Below, in pieces: positions 10,007 to 19,264 of a stretch of DNA of 64,000 bases. The translations under genes were made by a program, and so were the position numbers. Within the stretch, counting starts at the first letter, position 1, and the number at the start of each line of letters is the position of its first letter. Source of the stretch: Candidatus Zhuqueibacterota bacterium (GTDB lineage: Bacteria > Zhuqueibacterota > Zhuqueibacteria > Thermofontimicrobiales > Thermofontimicrobiaceae); contig JBMOPW010000032.1 in the NCBI GenBank assembly GCA_049322915.1, positions 160,001 through 224,000 of the forward strand, in the 5' to 3' direction. A model generated the notes under the pieces. It did no database searches. It saw only the letters and a list, made by a program, of their open reading frames with translations, and was not told where the DNA came from.

Positions 10007-10205
10007 TTTCAGAAGTCCCGGAAGTCGTCCTGACCAAAACCAAACTGGGTTGAAACATCAGCCACAGCACGTGGAGGTTTTGTGCGTTCGCACTTCTTGT
10101 GATGAATTGAGGCCGGGACGATTCAAGTATATTTAAGTGGCACATTCCATGCAAATTAGAAGAAATTTAATGCAGAAACAATTACATTTATAATTGGAGA
10201 AGCTA

Positions 10206-10700
10206 ATGGCTTTTATACCTTCTCGAATCAAAAAACATGACACAAATGCCGGAGCAGTCAAAGTCAATTTAACATCGATGATGGATATGTTCACAATAAT
10301 CCTTGTGTTCCTGTTGAAAACATTTTCAGCGGAAGGATCGCTCATCCAACCATCGGAGTATCTGACTTTGCCGCACTCAGGCACAGAAAAACAGCCTGAA
10401 ATAGCTCTGGATGTTGTTGTGTCCAAGGAATGGATCATGGTGAACCATGAACCAGTTGAAAAGGTGAGCAATGTTCAAAACCAGAGAAGTTTGATCATCA
10501 AAAATCTTCAGGATAAATTATCCGTCTATGCCCGGGAGTCCAGGCGAATGGAAGAATTACATGGGATCAAGTTCTCCGGCAAGGTAGCCATACAGGGGGA
10601 CAAGGAAATCCCTTACAGTCTGTTAGTTAAGGTGATGGCGACATGTGGAAAATCAGATTATCCGAATATGCGACTGGTTGTGTATAAAAAGGGAGAGTAA
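10206..10700 (+). CDS. ExbD/TolR family protein (AglS-like)
   Basis: NLTSMMDMFTIILVFLLK TM; IQGDKEIPYSLLVKVMATC; start moved to ATG 10206 after a GGAG RBS. Confidence 0.9.
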   Translation: MAFIPSRIKKHDTNAGAVKVNLTSMMDMFTIILVFLLKTFSAEGSLIQPSEYLTLPHSGTEKQPEIALDVVVSKEWIMVNHEPVEKVSNVQNQRSLIIKNLQDKLSVYARESRRMEELHGIKFSGKVAIQGDKEIPYSLLVKVMATCGKSDYPNMRLVVYKKGE

Positions 10701-10718
10701 CTGGAAGATTTGGAATAA

Positions 10719-11906
10719 ATGGACGAGGTCGATGTGAACAATCAAGGTAAAAATCCGCCGTTGGAGAAGAACGGAGACATTGGTTCGGATGCGAGCGCAT
10801 CAACCGGCGATATCTACGCATCTGGATATTTTCCAAAAGAGTTCGAACGACGATGGAGTGATTTAATTGATAAGCGATACTATACGATATTATTAATCAC
10901 TTTCGTTGTCAATTTTTCCATTGTTTTTTATTATTCGTTAAATCCGCCGGTGATAAATGTCGAAGCTGAAAGCGCCCGAATTCAGCAGCAGTATGCGCGT
11001 CTGGTGCTGGATAAAACCGAGCCGCTGGAAGAACCTGCCGAAAAAACAGAAGCTCTGCCAGTGGAGGAATTGAAAAGTGATAAAACTGTAGCTGGCAGTG
11101 GCGGAGAAGGCAGTGGTAGCGGCAGTGGATCGGGAGATGAAAAAGCCGAACAGGCTGCTGAGACTCGGGTTGGAACAGTCGAGTCGCGTCGTGCTGATTA
11201 TTCTTCGGAAACTGAAAAACGCCGTACATCCCGCGAGCAAATTTCCCGCGAAGTGAGTTCCAAAGGCTTATTGGGTTTGCTCACCAGCGATGGCGGAACA
11301 GCCACGGGCGAGGGGGTGGCGGACGTGCTGGGTGATGCCGGCTCTGGAAGCCAGAAAAATCTGGATGAGGTTTTGGGCAATCTCGATGGGCTAAAAACAA
11401 CGGGCCAATCAACCTCAGGGTCTGGCGGTTCTGGCACAGGCTCCGGTTCAGGTGACCGATCGCAACGCGGCGGACGCGCAGCCGGGGGTGGTGGCATTGA
11501 TGATTTGATCAGCGGAAAGGAAGAGGCAAAATCAGCCCAGATTTCCCGCAAAGGAAATATTGTCGTTGAAAAGGTTTCTTCCATCGCCGACGAAAAAGGC
11601 ATCAAGTCGGAGAGTCGCGATGCGGACAAAGTGTCCGAAGTGATCAACGCGCACAACGCCGCCATTCAATATTGTTATCAGAGAGAACTCAAACAAAATC
11701 CTGATCTGAAAGGTAAGCTGGTGGTCCGATTCACGATTATGCCCAATGGCAAAACAACGAATGTGAAAATTGTATCGTCCACATTGAACAATTCGCGTGT
11801 GGAACGCTGTATCATCAGTCGGATCGAGCGATGGGACGATTTCGGCGTCATCGATGCATCCAAGGGAGACGCCACATTTAGACAGGTTTATACATTCGGG
11901 TATTGA
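10719..11906 (+). CDS. TonB-like protein with AgmX/PglI-type C-terminal domain (GltG-like)
   Basis: Single TM, Gly/Ser-rich linker, C-terminal IQYCYQRELKQNPDLKGKLVVRFTI...VERCI...YTF. Confidence 0.85.
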   Translation: MDEVDVNNQGKNPPLEKNGDIGSDASASTGDIYASGYFPKEFERRWSDLIDKRYYTILLITFVVNFSIVFYYSLNPPVINVEAESARIQQQYARLVLDKTEPLEEPAEKTEALPVEELKSDKTVAGSGGEGSGSGSGSGDEKAEQAAETRVGTVESRRADYSSETEKRRTSREQISREVSSKGLLGLLTSDGGTATGEGVADVLGDAGSGSQKNLDEVLGNLDGLKTTGQSTSGSGGSGTGSGSGDRSQRGGRAAGGGGIDDLISGKEEAKSAQISRKGNIVVEKVSSIADEKGIKSESRDADKVSEVINAHNAAIQYCYQRELKQNPDLKGKLVVRFTIMPNGKTTNVKIVSSTLNNSRVERCIISRIERWDDFGVIDASKGDATFRQVYTFGY

Positions 11907-12006
11907 TGAAGCCTTACAGTTCGTACCCAATAGATTTGGTCTCGTGGCGGTTGACCTGATCATTCCATCCTCGTCATTTATAAAACATTTATATTCTGCA
12001 AATTAA

Positions 12007-12039
12007 GTCGCTGGATATTTTATCCGGCGATTTTTTTTT
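12007..12039 (+). terminator. Rho-independent terminator closing the motor operon
   Basis: GTCGCTGGATA/TATCCGGCGAT stem followed by a T run. Confidence 0.8.
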
Positions 12040-12148
12040 GGATTATCAGTATGAAAATGAAATTGATATTGATTTTACTAAATAATTTAGTTAAATTGAA
12101 CGTTCAAAATTGGGGTGTAACAACTATCTCTGAAAAAGGAAATTTGCA

Positions 12149-13936
12149 TTGAAAACGCTTTTCATGGAAAAACGAACGCACCACTGCGGAGATCTGAGGG
12201 GAGCCCACGCCGGACAATCAGTCGTCCTGCAAGGATGGGTAAGTCGCCGACGGGATCACGGTAATTTAATCTTTATTGATCTTCGCGATATTCACGGCAT
12301 CACCCAAATTGTATTTGACCCGATTGAGAGAGATTCTGCTTACTCTGCGGCGAAAGAGTTGAAGCAGGAGTATGTCATTAGCGTAACCGGTCAGGTGAGG
12401 CTGCGGCCGGAGGGCATGGTCAATGAAAATATGGCGACCGGGGAGATTGAAGTTCTGGCCACCGGGATCAGCGTGTTAAACCCTTCGAAGACACCGCCAT
12501 TTCTCATCGTGGACAATGTGGATGCCACCGAAGAGTTGAGATTCCGCTATCGTTATCTGGATTTGCGTCGGCCTGAAATGCAGAAGAGCTTAATCGTACG
12601 GCATCGCGTCGCCCAGATTGTGAGGCGCGCGCTGGATGAACAGGGATTCCTCGAAATCGAGACGCCATTTCTGATGCGCAGCACCCCCGAAGGCGCGCGT
12701 GATTTTCTCATCCCGAGTCGCATGCATCGAGGGAAGTTTTATGCCCTTCCTCAGTCGCCGCAAACGTACAAACAGGTATTGATGATTGCTGGCTATGATA
12801 AATATTTTCAGATTGTCAAATGTTTCCGTGATGAGGATTTTCGCTCCGAACGACAGCCTGAATTTACCCAGATTGATATTGAAATGTCGTTCGTCGATGA
12901 ATACGATATTCGTCAGGTCACTGAAGGACTGGTTAGGAAAATTTTTAAGGACATCGTCCAGGTCGAGTTTAAGACACCTTTCCCAGTGTTGACCTATGAA
13001 ATGGCGATGGCGAAGTACGGGTCCGATAAGCCGGACCTTCGCTTCGGTTTGGAAATTCACGACCTGAGTCACATTGTAGCCTGCAGTGAATTCAAAGTAT
13101 TTTCAGGGACAGTGGCGGATGGTGGAATTATTGCAGCGGTGAATCTTAAAGGCAGAGCCGACTATTCCCGGAAGCAAATTGATGAACTAAATCTGTTCAT
13201 CCAGAATATGGGCGGGAAGGGTGTGTTGACGGCGAAAGTCAAAGAGAACGATGTAGAAGGGTCATTCCGAAAATTCCTTTCCGATGCGATGGTCTCCGAG
13301 ATGCTCAGGGTGATGGGCGGCGAGTCCGGCGATTTGTTGATACTCATCGCGGGTAGTCGGGCTGCCACGCTGGATATGCTGGGGCGGTTGCGTTTAAAAC
13401 TGGGAAAAGACGAAGGACTGATCGATTCCAATTCCTTTTCTCCGCTGTGGGTGATTGATTTTCCATTATTGGAATACAGTGAGGAAGAGCAGCGATTTAT
13501 CGCCATGCATCATCCGTTCACTTCGCCGAAGGTTGAAGATATTGAATTATTTGAAAAAGATCCATTACAGATGAAAGCCCGGGCGTACGATTTAGTCATC
13601 AATGGATACGAGATCGCCGGGGGGAGCATCAGAAATTATATATATGAAAACCAGATGAAGGTTTTCTCATTGCTCAAGATTGATGAAGCCGAAGCCCAGA
13701 GCAAATTCGGATTTTTACTGGATGCTTTGCAATATGGCGCGCCACCGCACGGCGGCATCGCTTTTGGCTTTGACCGGCTGGTGATGCTGTTGGCCGGGAA
13801 AAATTCCATTCGGGATGTGATCGCATTCCCGAAAACGACGAGCGCACTGTCACTCATGGACAATTCACCGGCAGAGGTCGATGACGCGCAACTTCGAGAA
13901 TTGGGCTTGAAGGTGGTTGACAAAGAGCAGCCATAA
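12149..13936 (+). CDS. aspS: Aspartate-tRNA ligase, probably non-discriminating Asp/Asn type
   Basis: RRDHGNLIFIDLRD, RYRYLDLRR, LPQSPQ, GAPPHGGIAFGFDR; the His in RRDHG is typical of non-discriminating AspRS; start may be ATG 12164. Confidence 0.97.
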   Translation: MKTLFMEKRTHHCGDLRGAHAGQSVVLQGWVSRRRDHGNLIFIDLRDIHGITQIVFDPIERDSAYSAAKELKQEYVISVTGQVRLRPEGMVNENMATGEIEVLATGISVLNPSKTPPFLIVDNVDATEELRFRYRYLDLRRPEMQKSLIVRHRVAQIVRRALDEQGFLEIETPFLMRSTPEGARDFLIPSRMHRGKFYALPQSPQTYKQVLMIAGYDKYFQIVKCFRDEDFRSERQPEFTQIDIEMSFVDEYDIRQVTEGLVRKIFKDIVQVEFKTPFPVLTYEMAMAKYGSDKPDLRFGLEIHDLSHIVACSEFKVFSGTVADGGIIAAVNLKGRADYSRKQIDELNLFIQNMGGKGVLTAKVKENDVEGSFRKFLSDAMVSEMLRVMGGESGDLLILIAGSRAATLDMLGRLRLKLGKDEGLIDSNSFSPLWVIDFPLLEYSEEEQRFIAMHHPFTSPKVEDIELFEKDPLQMKARAYDLVINGYEIAGGSIRNYIYENQMKVFSLLKIDEAEAQSKFGFLLDALQYGAPPHGGIAFGFDRLVMLLAGKNSIRDVIAFPKTTSALSLMDNSPAEVDDAQLRELGLKVVDKEQP

Positions 13937-13967
13937 TGAAAAAATCCCAGCGTATCAAATTTTTTCC

Positions 13968-13996
13968 TTGACTATTACTTTTTTTTTTGTTATTAT
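13968..13996 (+). promoter_or_regulatory. Sigma70-type promoter for the lipoprotein/LysM pair
   Basis: TTGACT-17 nt-TATTAT with TG extension. Confidence 0.6.
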
Positions 13997-14138
13997 TAAA
14001 CGATTTATTGGGTTAAATCTAATAAATTTGGTTGACACGATTGGCATGAATGATATTTGATACAAATACTGAATGGAGGGAAAAAGGTTTTTTTAATTTA
14101 AACGAATAATTCAATTTATGGAAGGAGGTGTTAACTTA

Positions 14139-14411
14139 ATGCGAAAGATGATGAGGACAATCATCGTGCTCATTTCAGTGGCGTGTTTAATTCTTTCTAT
14201 CACGCTGACCGGGTGCACGAAGCATCCGAATGAAGAACAGCGACAGGCGCTGGAAGAGCAAAAGAAGGCTGCCCTAGCAGCGGAAGAGCAGTTGGCGAAA
14301 CAGCAGCAAGTGAAAGCTGATCTCGAAAGAGAGCTGGCCGAGAAGAAACAGAAGTTAGAAGATGCTAAGAGCGAAAAAGAAGCAGTGAAAAATCGATTAA
14401 GCGGCATGTAA
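14139..14411 (+). CDS. Small coiled-coil lipoprotein
   Basis: Strong AAGGAGGTG RBS; lipobox LTGC; mature part is almost entirely heptad-like (ALEEQKKAALAAEEQLAK...). Confidence 0.85.
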   Translation: MRKMMRTIIVLISVACLILSITLTGCTKHPNEEQRQALEEQKKAALAAEEQLAKQQQVKADLERELAEKKQKLEDAKSEKEAVKNRLSGM

Positions 14412-14449
14412 AATTTTATCTCAAAAATTTCATTTGGAGGAAAATTTAA

Positions 14450-15295
14450 ATGAAAAATATCACCAAAATGGCTGCCGCCTTCGCACTGATTCTTTTATTT
14501 GTTCTTTCAGTGTCCTCTTTTGCACAAGAAAAAGAGATGACAATGGAAGAGTACAATGCTCAGATGGCAGAATGGGCAAAGAGAGAAGCAGATGCCAAAG
14601 CGGCTACAGTTCAGGTTAACGAAGAAATCGAAGCCCTGAAAAAACAGATCACCGAAGTAGATGGCGCCATCGTTGCAGAATGGCAAGAAATCTACACTCT
14701 GCTTGGTGTCGATGAAGCCGGCGTCAACGAGTACCGTTCCCAGTTAAACAGCCTTGAAAGTGAAATAGATGGATTGGCAAATCTTTCACCCGAAGAGCTG
14801 TACAAACGCCGCGCTGAGATCGATGCGCTGGAGCAAAAGCTGAACGGATTCAAACAGAGCAAAATCGCTTTGTTGAGTGAAATGCAAGATAAGCTTGCAA
14901 TGATTGAAGGGAAAATTGCCCAGTTGCGTGCCAGCCTTCCAAAAGCCGACTTTGATGAATACACCGTTATCAAAGGCGACTATCTCTGGAAAATCTCTGG
15001 TAAAGCCGATATCTATGGCGATCCCTATCAGTGGATGCGAATTTATACTTACAACAGAGAACAAATTAAAAATCCGGATCTGATTTATCCAGCTCAGATT
15101 TTCAAGATTCAGAGAAGCTGTGCCGATAACGAGTACCTCGTTGTAAAAGGTGACTGGTTGGCCAAAATCGCTGGCAAACCGGAAATCTACAATAACCCAA
15201 CTGCATGGACCAAGATTTTAGAAGCCAATAAAGATGTCATCACAGACAAGAATTTGATTTATCCCCATCAGGTTCTTATTCTGCCTGAAAAATAA
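14450..15295 (+). CDS. Exported coiled-coil protein with two LysM domains
   Basis: Signal peptide; YTVIKGDYLWKIS...NPDLIYPAQ and YLVVKGDWLAKIA...NLIYPHQVL. Confidence 0.92.
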   Translation: MKNITKMAAAFALILLFVLSVSSFAQEKEMTMEEYNAQMAEWAKREADAKAATVQVNEEIEALKKQITEVDGAIVAEWQEIYTLLGVDEAGVNEYRSQLNSLESEIDGLANLSPEELYKRRAEIDALEQKLNGFKQSKIALLSEMQDKLAMIEGKIAQLRASLPKADFDEYTVIKGDYLWKISGKADIYGDPYQWMRIYTYNREQIKNPDLIYPAQIFKIQRSCADNEYLVVKGDWLAKIAGKPEIYNNPTAWTKILEANKDVITDKNLIYPHQVLILPEK

Positions 15296-15524
15296 TCTGG
15301 CGGAAAATGGGCTTCAGCAGTTGCAGCATTAGTAATATGTACATTCATTTGAATAGATAACATTATTCAGGTATGAGAGAAAGCTCTTAGGGATTGGCGC
15401 ATGCCTTAACTGAGAGCTTTTTCTATTTATTTGAACGGTGAGAAAATTTAATTTTACGAAATGGAGTTCGATTAAAATTATCATTTCGAACATACGAAAA
15501 TCATGTTTTATTCCGATATAGCTT

Positions 15525-16493
15525 ATGGAAGTACAACGAAAAATAATGTTGCGCGGATTAGACCAGGTAAAGCTGTTTGGTTCGAATGACAAATATTTGA
15601 GAAAGATTGAGAGCAGCTTTCAGTCTAAAATAGTTGCGCGGGGCAGTGAAATTTACGTGGTCGGTGAAGCAGAAGAAGTCAAAGTCATTGAGCGCTTGAT
15701 CGCGGAGTTGATTCTGATTCTGGAAAAAAATGACCAGATTTCGGATAATGATTTTGCCACGGTTATGGAAGTATTGAATGCCGGCCAGTCCAAATTTGAA
15801 CCAGCGCACGATTTATCTTCGGTGATTCTTTATACCAAAGATGGCTATATTAAGCCGAAGACCGAAGGACAGAAATTATATTATCAATCGACATTGAAGA
15901 ATGATATTGTTTTTGCAATCGGGCCTGCCGGGACCGGAAAAACCTACCTGGCGGTTGCAATTGCGTTGGCGCATTTGCGCGATAAAGTAGTTGAACGAAT
16001 TGTGCTCTCCCGGCCAGCGGTGGAAGCTGGCGAAAGCCTCGGTTTTTTACCTGGCGATTTGCGGGAGAAAGTAGACCCCTATCTCAAACCCCTGTACGAT
16101 GCGCTTTATGATATGGTCATTCAGGTCAAACTTAAAAAATACATGGAAAATGGCACTATCGAAATTGTGCCATTGGCTTATATGCGGGGAAGAACGTTGA
16201 ACAATGCTTTCGTTATTTTGGATGAGGCGCAAAACACATTCCCCAATCAGATGAAAATGTTCCTCACTCGGTTGGGAACAAATTCGCGGGCGATTATTAC
16301 GGGCGATGTCACTCAAATCGATTTGCCAAATAAAAAGCAGTCGGGCCTGGTTCAGATTCAGGAAATTTTGCAAGGGATTGAAGGGATAGACTATGTCTAT
16401 CTATCGGATCGCGATGTGGTGAGACATCGTCTGGTCAGAGAAATAATAAAAGCGTATGAAAATTTTGACAATAGTCTTAATAACGATAAATGA
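15525..16493 (+). CDS. phoH: PhoH family ATPase
   Basis: GPAGTGKTYLA, RPAVEAGE, LAYMRGRTL, DEAQN. Confidence 0.96.
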   Translation: MEVQRKIMLRGLDQVKLFGSNDKYLRKIESSFQSKIVARGSEIYVVGEAEEVKVIERLIAELILILEKNDQISDNDFATVMEVLNAGQSKFEPAHDLSSVILYTKDGYIKPKTEGQKLYYQSTLKNDIVFAIGPAGTGKTYLAVAIALAHLRDKVVERIVLSRPAVEAGESLGFLPGDLREKVDPYLKPLYDALYDMVIQVKLKKYMENGTIEIVPLAYMRGRTLNNAFVILDEAQNTFPNQMKMFLTRLGTNSRAIITGDVTQIDLPNKKQSGLVQIQEILQGIEGIDYVYLSDRDVVRHRLVREIIKAYENFDNSLNNDK

Positions 16494-16509
16494 GCAGTTG
16501 AGATAAATT

Positions 16510-18825
16510 TTGCTGGAGAAAAGTGAGTTGAATAATTTTTTTAAGAAAGCACAAGGAGCATTGAAACCACAGCAAAACGGAAAAATAGCCAAGCCCGGCA
16601 ACGGGAAAAAGGTATCGTTTGTGAAGCAGTATGTGTGGGCATTGATCATTTTAGGTATAGTAATTTTTTTAATATCGCTCATGTTGCCGAGAGGAAGATC
16701 TTACACCTACAGTGATCTCAAAGAAGGCGAAGTCTATGTCGGTGAAGAAATCCTGGCCCCTTTCACTTTTGCAATTAATAAAAGTGAAGAAGAATATAAT
16801 CGCGACAGAAAGCGGGCTGAACAGGCAATACTCTCTGTATTCACGGAATCGGATAGCATTCGTTTAACACAGTTTTCAAGATTGGAAGCGTTTTTTGACT
16901 CATTGAAGATGATCAGAAGAAGTATAAGTGAAGCTACGCAGCAGCAAGAAATAACTGAATTGCTTCAGATCAATGCCATTATTGCTGATGAGTCTCTTTT
17001 GCAATTACTAACTACCAGTACGGATAAGCAAATCGACAATCTGGAAAAAAAGCTCAATCGCGTCGCCAAAGATTTTTACACCATGGGTATACTGGATATC
17101 CAAAAGGACTTGATTAACAAGGTGGATAATAAAATTCTGATCATTACTGAAAACGAAGAGATCATCGAAGAGGTAACTCAGTTCTATGACTCAAAAGAAC
17201 TTTCAGAAGCAGTACTGCAAAAAATTCAGACCGGTATGCAATTTGAAGAAATTGGGACGAAAGCTGGCTATCAGATCCTCTCGAGTTTTTTAAAACCGAA
17301 TATTTTATACAACGCCATTGAGACAAATAAGAAAATCGCCGAGGGCGTTAAAAATGTGCCGCTGGCGAAAGGTACGGTGCTAAAAAACGAGCGGATCCTC
17401 GACCGCTATGAGCGCGTGACTAAAGACCATATTGCGAAACTCAGTTCTCTCGCTCAGGAGTTAGTCGAACGTGAGGCCGGGCAGAACAGCCTGATGCTCA
17501 TCGTTCGTTTCTTTGGCAAATTTTTGATGATAGCACTGATGCTATCAATTTTCATTCTATTCCTTGTTTTCAACCGATTGTCAATTGTGAAAGATATAAA
17601 ACGGATCATTTTAATTGCTGTGATTTTTTTACTGGTCACGTTTTTAGCTTACTCGATCAACAATCTGGAACTCTCGCCTTATCTCATCCCCATCACCATC
17701 GGAACCATGTTACTGACAATTTTCTTCGATACGCGCGTCGGGTTTGTTGGCACCATCGTGCTGGGAATTCTCATTGGCTGCCTGAGAGGCAATGAGTTCA
17801 ATATTGCTGTTATCTCCATTGTTGCCGGTACTGTATCTGTGCTGGCTGTGAGCCGTATTAAAAATAGACACTGGTTGGTGAACTCCATATTTTTGAACAT
17901 TGCGTCGTACATTATTTCCATCACAATTATGGAAGTATTACGCTATACACCGTTCACGATGATCATCAAATCATGGGGATTTGGTGCAATGAACGGTCTT
18001 CTCTCCCCGCTGTTAGTGTACGGGCTCCTGGTAATTTTTGAATACTTCTTCGATATTGTCACAGACATGCGGTTGCTCGAACTGTCCGATTTGAACAGCC
18101 CGTTACTTCGCCAGTTAGCCATCGAAGCCCCGGGCACCTATCATCACAGTTTGATGGTTGGGAATCTTGCCGAAGCCGCAGCAGAAGCAATCGGCGCCAA
18201 TTCGCTATTGGCGCGGGTCGGTGCATATTATCACGACATTGGAAAAATGGAAAAACGGGAATATTTTATTGAGAATCAAATGCGAATGAAAAATCCGCAC
18301 GAGAAATTGTCCCCGTCGATGAGCTGCCTGATCCTCATTAATCATGTGAAGAAGGGATTGGAGATTGCCAAGAAGTATAAGCTCCCTAAAGAAATACGGG
18401 ATTTTATTGGGGAACACCACGGCACGAATTTAATATCATACTTTTATAATAAAGCGATGGAAAAGAATATCGGCGAGGAAATTGATGAATCGAGTTTCCG
18501 CTATCCGGGTCCGCGACCGCACACGAAAGAAACCGGCATTGTGATGTTGGCCGATACCGTCGAAGCCGCGGCTCGAACGCTGAAAGATCCGTCCGCCGGA
18601 AGAATTCGAGGCATGATCACCACGATTGTGCACGATCGTTTCGAGGACTCTGAACTTGACGAATGTCCTTTGACCATGCGTGATCTCAATAAAATTATCG
18701 ATAGCTTCGACACGATTTTGTTAGGTCGTTTTCACACGCGGATTGAATACCCGGAACGAAACGATAAACCGGGCGCGTCAAAAGAACGAAAGCTGAAAGA
18801 TAAAAATGCCGAAATACAAAATTAA
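16510..18825 (+). CDS. 7TM-HD phosphohydrolase (PgpH-like c-di-AMP phosphodiesterase)
   Basis: Large extracytoplasmic domain, 7 TMs, APGTYHHS, YYHDIGK, EHHGT, MLADTVEAA. Confidence 0.9.
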   Translation: MLEKSELNNFFKKAQGALKPQQNGKIAKPGNGKKVSFVKQYVWALIILGIVIFLISLMLPRGRSYTYSDLKEGEVYVGEEILAPFTFAINKSEEEYNRDRKRAEQAILSVFTESDSIRLTQFSRLEAFFDSLKMIRRSISEATQQQEITELLQINAIIADESLLQLLTTSTDKQIDNLEKKLNRVAKDFYTMGILDIQKDLINKVDNKILIITENEEIIEEVTQFYDSKELSEAVLQKIQTGMQFEEIGTKAGYQILSSFLKPNILYNAIETNKKIAEGVKNVPLAKGTVLKNERILDRYERVTKDHIAKLSSLAQELVEREAGQNSLMLIVRFFGKFLMIALMLSIFILFLVFNRLSIVKDIKRIILIAVIFLLVTFLAYSINNLELSPYLIPITIGTMLLTIFFDTRVGFVGTIVLGILIGCLRGNEFNIAVISIVAGTVSVLAVSRIKNRHWLVNSIFLNIASYIISITIMEVLRYTPFTMIIKSWGFGAMNGLLSPLLVYGLLVIFEYFFDIVTDMRLLELSDLNSPLLRQLAIEAPGTYHHSLMVGNLAEAAAEAIGANSLLARVGAYYHDIGKMEKREYFIENQMRMKNPHEKLSPSMSCLILINHVKKGLEIAKKYKLPKEIRDFIGEHHGTNLISYFYNKAMEKNIGEEIDESSFRYPGPRPHTKETGIVMLADTVEAAARTLKDPSAGRIRGMITTIVHDRFEDSELDECPLTMRDLNKIIDSFDTILLGRFHTRIEYPERNDKPGASKERKLKDKNAEIQN

Positions 18826-19237
18826 AGTTGAAGACATTTATTCCCAATGCCCGGCCGAAAAGAAAATTCTCAAGAAAATTGCAGAACATGTGTTGTCAGA
18901 AGAACGGGTGATGCTAGCGGATATAAATATCGTTCTGGTGGATGATGCCTTCATCATCAATCTCAATAAGCAGTATCTGAACAAGACAACAACCACAGAT
19001 GTGATCAGTTTCAATTTCGAAGAGCCCCCGGATCTTCAGAATCTGGATGGTGAAGTGTACGCCAATGTCGAGCAAATTCGACGGCAGGCTGAAGAGTATG
19101 AGGTGACGGAAGCGGAGGAGCTTCATCGCATTGTCATTCACGGATTGCTTCATCTCATCGGATATAATGATGCCAGCCCGGTCGACAAAAATGCCATGAC
19201 GGAGAAGGAAAATTTTTATCTATCTCCGATACAATGA
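18806..19237 (+). CDS. ybeY: rRNA maturation RNase YbeY
   Basis: TDVISF and HGLLHLIGYND metal-binding motif. Confidence 0.93.
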   Translation: MPKYKIKVEDIYSQCPAEKKILKKIAEHVLSEERVMLADINIVLVDDAFIINLNKQYLNKTTTTDVISFNFEEPPDLQNLDGEVYANVEQIRRQAEEYEVTEAEELHRIVIHGLLHLIGYNDASPVDKNAMTEKENFYLSPIQ

Positions 19238-19264
19238 ACATAATTTTAGGAGGTTTTTTCCCTT

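Noticed and set aside
11090..11500. GGCAGT/GGTTCT-like short repeats
   Set aside because: They encode the Gly/Ser linkers of the TonB-like protein; not a DNA repeat element.
8814..11906. Calling the motor genes a standard ExbBD-TonB or TolQRA system
   Set aside because: No TonB-dependent receptor, TolB or Pal nearby; two ExbD paralogs, giant TPR partners and an AgmX/PglI-type C-terminus fit the Agl-Glt family better.
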